A stretch of DNA of 64,000 bases from a virus. How positions within the stretch are numbered: the stretch's first letter is position 1; each line of letters opens with the position of its first letter. Positions 62,078 through 64,000 of the stretch are shown here, in pieces. The notes under the pieces are model-generated. The model saw nothing but the letters and a program-made list of their open reading frames with translations. It did not search any database and had not been told where the DNA came from. Position numbers and translations under genes: made by a program. The DNA lies in IMG/VR virus record IMGVR_UViG_3300046706_000011, positions 26,507 to 90,506 of that record; one strand, written 5' to 3'.

Positions 62078-62581
62078 TCACGGGGCGGTCGGTTCGGCCT
62101 GGCCTACCAGCGGTAGGCCACTGGCCGGCGTCGCGGGGGCGGGCTCGGCCTGGCCTACCGCTGGTAGGCCACTGGGCGGTTCCGGGGCCGGCGGCTGCGC
62201 AGGGGCCGGTTCCGGGGGGGGCGGTTCGGTCGGGGCGGCGGCGCGGGCCGGCTCGGCGGGTCCCTTCGGCTCGGCAGCGGCCGGGTTCAGGGCGATGAGC
62301 ACGGCCTCGCCGCCGACGACCTCGACGTCCAGGACGCCGACCAGCTCGCGCACGCCGTCGCCCACGTCGGCGTCGCAGCGCACGGTGACCTGGGCGGTCC
62401 CGGGGCGGCCCACGGCGACGATGTCCCCGGCCATCCCGGCGTCGAGGGTGGAGACGGTGACGACGCCGGGGTCGCTGGTCTCCCAGCGCGGGTCGCCGTC
62501 GATGGTGGCTGCGTTGCCGTAGCGGTCCTGGAGGGAGACGGCGACTCGGGTCTTCTGGTCGGCGGTCAGTACGAACGGCAT
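62078..62581 (-). CDS. Ig-like (Big_2-type) virion protein with Pro-rich tail
   Basis: DRYGN.A, WETSDP.VVTV, A.G.PGTA.VTV. Confidence 0.7.
   Translation of the reverse strand: MPFVLTADQKTRVAVSLQDRYGNAATIDGDPRWETSDPGVVTVSTLDAGMAGDIVAVGRPGTAQVTVRCDADVGDGVRELVGVLDVEVVGGEAVLIALNPAAAEPKGPAEPARAAAPTEPPPPEPAPAQPPAPEPPSGLPAVGQAEPAPATPASGLPLVGQAEPTAP
62100..62120. repeat. 21-bp palindrome, copy 2
   Basis: TGGCCTACC-AGC-GGTAGGCCA. Confidence 0.9.
62151..62171. repeat. 21-bp palindrome, copy 3 (inverted spacer)
   Basis: TGGCCTACC-GCT-GGTAGGCCA. Confidence 0.9.
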
Positions 62582-62587
62582 GGGGCG

Positions 62588-62758
62588 TCATCCTTTCGAG
62601 CGGACCGGGCCGACCGTGAACGTCACGGTCGGCGGCGGGTCCTCGGGGGAAGGGGGAGGGGGATCGGGCGGCCGGGGCTTCACGACCGCCTCGACGCGCA
62701 GGCCTTCGATCGCGCCCGCGCGGAGCAGGGCGGCGAAGGCCTCGGCGAGGTCCGTCAT
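62588..62758 (-). CDS. small Pro-rich hypothetical protein, 56 aa
   Basis: MTDLAEAFAALL...TVTFTVGPVRSKG fills the gap between two co-oriented genes. Confidence 0.5.
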   Translation of the reverse strand: MTDLAEAFAALLRAGAIEGLRVEAVVKPRPPDPPPPSPEDPPPTVTFTVGPVRSKG

Positions 62759-62768
62759 GGCCGCGCGG

Positions 62769-63002
62769 TCAGGACGTCGCGACGGCGGCGCCGAGCAGGA
62801 CGCGCAGCCAGGACGTGCCGTTCGAGTAGGCGAGGCAGGGCGCCCCGGCGGCGCCGTTCGTCACGGAGATGATCCGCCCCTTGTTCTCGGCGGCGGACGG
62901 GACGGTGGCGACCGTGTACTCGGGCGCGGCGAGCGCCTTGGCAAGGGACCTGGAGCCGATCTGGCCCCACCGCGGGTCGTTGGTCAGGGCCATCGCGGTC
63001 AC
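62769..63002 (-). CDS. small capsid-decoration-like protein
   Basis: YTVATVPSA...G....VTNGA.G.P.LAYSNGT.W.R motif, two genes downstream of the capsid gene. Confidence 0.6.
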   Translation of the reverse strand: MTAMALTNDPRWGQIGSRSLAKALAAPEYTVATVPSAAENKGRIISVTNGAAGAPCLAYSNGTSWLRVLLGAAVATS

Positions 63003-63832
63003 TCCTGGGACGGCTTGGAGGAACGCGCGGGGGAGCGCCGGGGCGACTCAGCCTTCGGCCTGGGGGCCTTCTCGCCGGGCTCGTCCGGTTCGGGGGCCGG
63101 CTCAGGGGCCGGTTCCGGCTCGGGGGACGGCTCCGGGGCTGGCTCGGGCTCGGGGGGCGGCTCGGGGGACGGCGGCTCGGCCTGGCCTACCAGCGGTAGG
63201 CCACTGGGCTTGACCTCCGGGGTCAGGGACTCCTCCGGGATGTCCCGCTCGGTCGGCACGGCGCCCTCCTCGACGATCCGCCGGACGGTCTCGGGGTCGT
63301 CGTCCAGGGACGGCGCGACCGGGTCCTGCGCGGTCTGCTCGGAGACCGAGGTGTCGGAGTCCGGGCGTTCCTCCCAGGGCTCGGAGACGCGCACGCTCCC
63401 GTCGAGGTTCGGCGAGCGGGGGTCCTCGTAGGGGGCGGACGCCTTCCTGCGGGAGCCTTCCTGGCCCTTCAGGGTGCGGTCGTTGCCGGCCTCGTCATGG
63501 TCGGGGATCGCCTTGGTCTTGGCGTCGCGGAAGTGGGCGTTCTGGAGCTGCCAGCGCTCCTCGTCGGTCGGGACGCGGTCGCGGTTGCGCTCGGCCTGCT
63601 CCATGGCCTTGCGCTCGCGCTCCGGGTCGGCGTCGGCCGGGATGTTGATGAACTGGCCGACGTCGGCGTAGGGCGGGGAGCCGAGCAGGTCGGAGTTCTC
63701 GGTGAACTCCTGGATGCGGTCGGGCGGGTAGCGCTCGGCGAGCGGCTTTTGCTGCTCGGCGTCGTCGCGGGCCTTGGCGTCGGCCTCGGCCTCCTGTTGG
63801 CGGCGGGCGCGGTTGAACGCGGACATTCCCAT
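62999..63832 (-). CDS. acidic, Pro-rich protein immediately downstream of the capsid gene
   Basis: AGGAG RBS, MGMSAFNRAR N-terminus and PEPAPEP low-complexity tail. Confidence 0.65.
   Translation of the reverse strand: MGMSAFNRARRQQEAEADAKARDDAEQQKPLAERYPPDRIQEFTENSDLLGSPPYADVGQFINIPADADPERERKAMEQAERNRDRVPTDEERWQLQNAHFRDAKTKAIPDHDEAGNDRTLKGQEGSRRKASAPYEDPRSPNLDGSVRVSEPWEERPDSDTSVSEQTAQDPVAPSLDDDPETVRRIVEEGAVPTERDIPEESLTPEVKPSGLPLVGQAEPPSPEPPPEPEPAPEPSPEPEPAPEPAPEPDEPGEKAPRPKAESPRRSPARSSKPSQE
63183..63203. repeat. 21-bp palindrome, copy 4
   Basis: TGGCCTACC-AGC-GGTAGGCCA. Confidence 0.9.
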
Positions 63833-63893
63833 GATGTGCTCCTGTTCCGGTGCTTGGGGCGGGGGACGGGCGGGACGGCCCCGCCCGGACCCG

Positions 63894-64000
63894 TCAGCTC
63901 GCCGCGCTGGTCAAGCGGTGGCGGAACAGCACCATCCTTATTGACTTGGCGTCGTATACCCTGGACCAGCTCGCGCCGGTCGCAAGGACGGTGTTGTCCG
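63894..64000 (-). CDS. C-terminus of major capsid protein (SPP1 gp13-like), partial
   Basis: Translated by hand as DNTVLATGASWSRVYDAKSIRMVLFRHRLTSAAS*, matching the N..LA...W.RVY..K.I..V...H ending of this coat family. Confidence 0.75.
   Translation of the reverse strand, partial: DNTVLATGASWSRVYDAKSIRMVLFRHRLTSAAS

Larger units (their letters stand above)
13540..64000 (-). mobile_element. late region (capsid to lysis) of a siphovirus-type phage or phage-plasmid, continuing beyond the window
   Basis: Co-oriented capsid, neck, tail tube, chaperone, TMP, M-L-K-I-J, fibre and lysis genes. No sheath or baseplate wedge genes recognised. Confidence 0.92.

Noticed and set aside
16260-62116. Very long alternative-frame ORFs (e.g. 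16260-21425 +, 22316-27124 +, 32957-36601 +, 56858-62116 +, and most of 49481-54340 -)
   Set aside because: These are shadow ORFs of high-GC coding sequence, with Arg/Gly/Pro-rich or motif-free translations overlapping well-supported genes. Only the 3' ends of a few are real genes, and those were re-annotated with corrected starts.
49147-63203. 21-bp palindromes or the octamer array as a CRISPR array
   Set aside because: The copies are dispersed or lack unique spacers, only two palindromes are adjacent, and there are no cas genes.
63857-63892. Terminator after the capsid gene
   Set aside because: A GC hairpin (GGGCGGG/CCCGCCC) is present but has no adjacent U-tract. It may be only a stabilising stem.
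1-64000. tRNA, rRNA, integrase, transposase or IS ends
   Set aside because: None recognised by eye. A tRNAscan/Infernal/ISEScan run would be needed to exclude them formally.

Overview
High-GC window, probably from an alphaproteobacterial mobile element (host assignment is inference). It has two modules in head-to-head orientation. The first (1-13.5 kb, + strand) is an apparently complete Trb/MPF-T type IV secretion operon in the order RHH-trbB-C-D-E-J-K-L-F-G-I, followed by several ribbon-helix-helix and other DNA-binding genes. The second (13.5-64 kb, mostly - strand) is the late region of a tailed, non-contractile phage. In transcription order it runs: 3' end of an SPP1-gp13-like major capsid gene; about 22 kb of fibre, lectin and carbohydrate-active proteins; neck genes; tail tube; G/GT chaperones with a -1 frameshift; a 1498-aa tape measure protein; lambda-like M-L-K-I-J tail tip genes, split by an opposite-strand moron that carries a lipoprotein, an HTH protein and a DNA methyltransferase; tail fibres; and an unusual lysis cassette. 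The two modules meet with overlapping stop codons and no integrase or att site. Centromere-like DNA motifs (four 21-bp palindromes and a 13-unit octamer array) sit inside the phage late genes. The best overall reading is a conjugative phage-plasmid with a carbohydrate-degrading, heavily decorated virion. Relaxase, replicon, terminase and portal are not in the window, so this remains inference. All protein family calls come from motif recognition and synteny, not from database searches.
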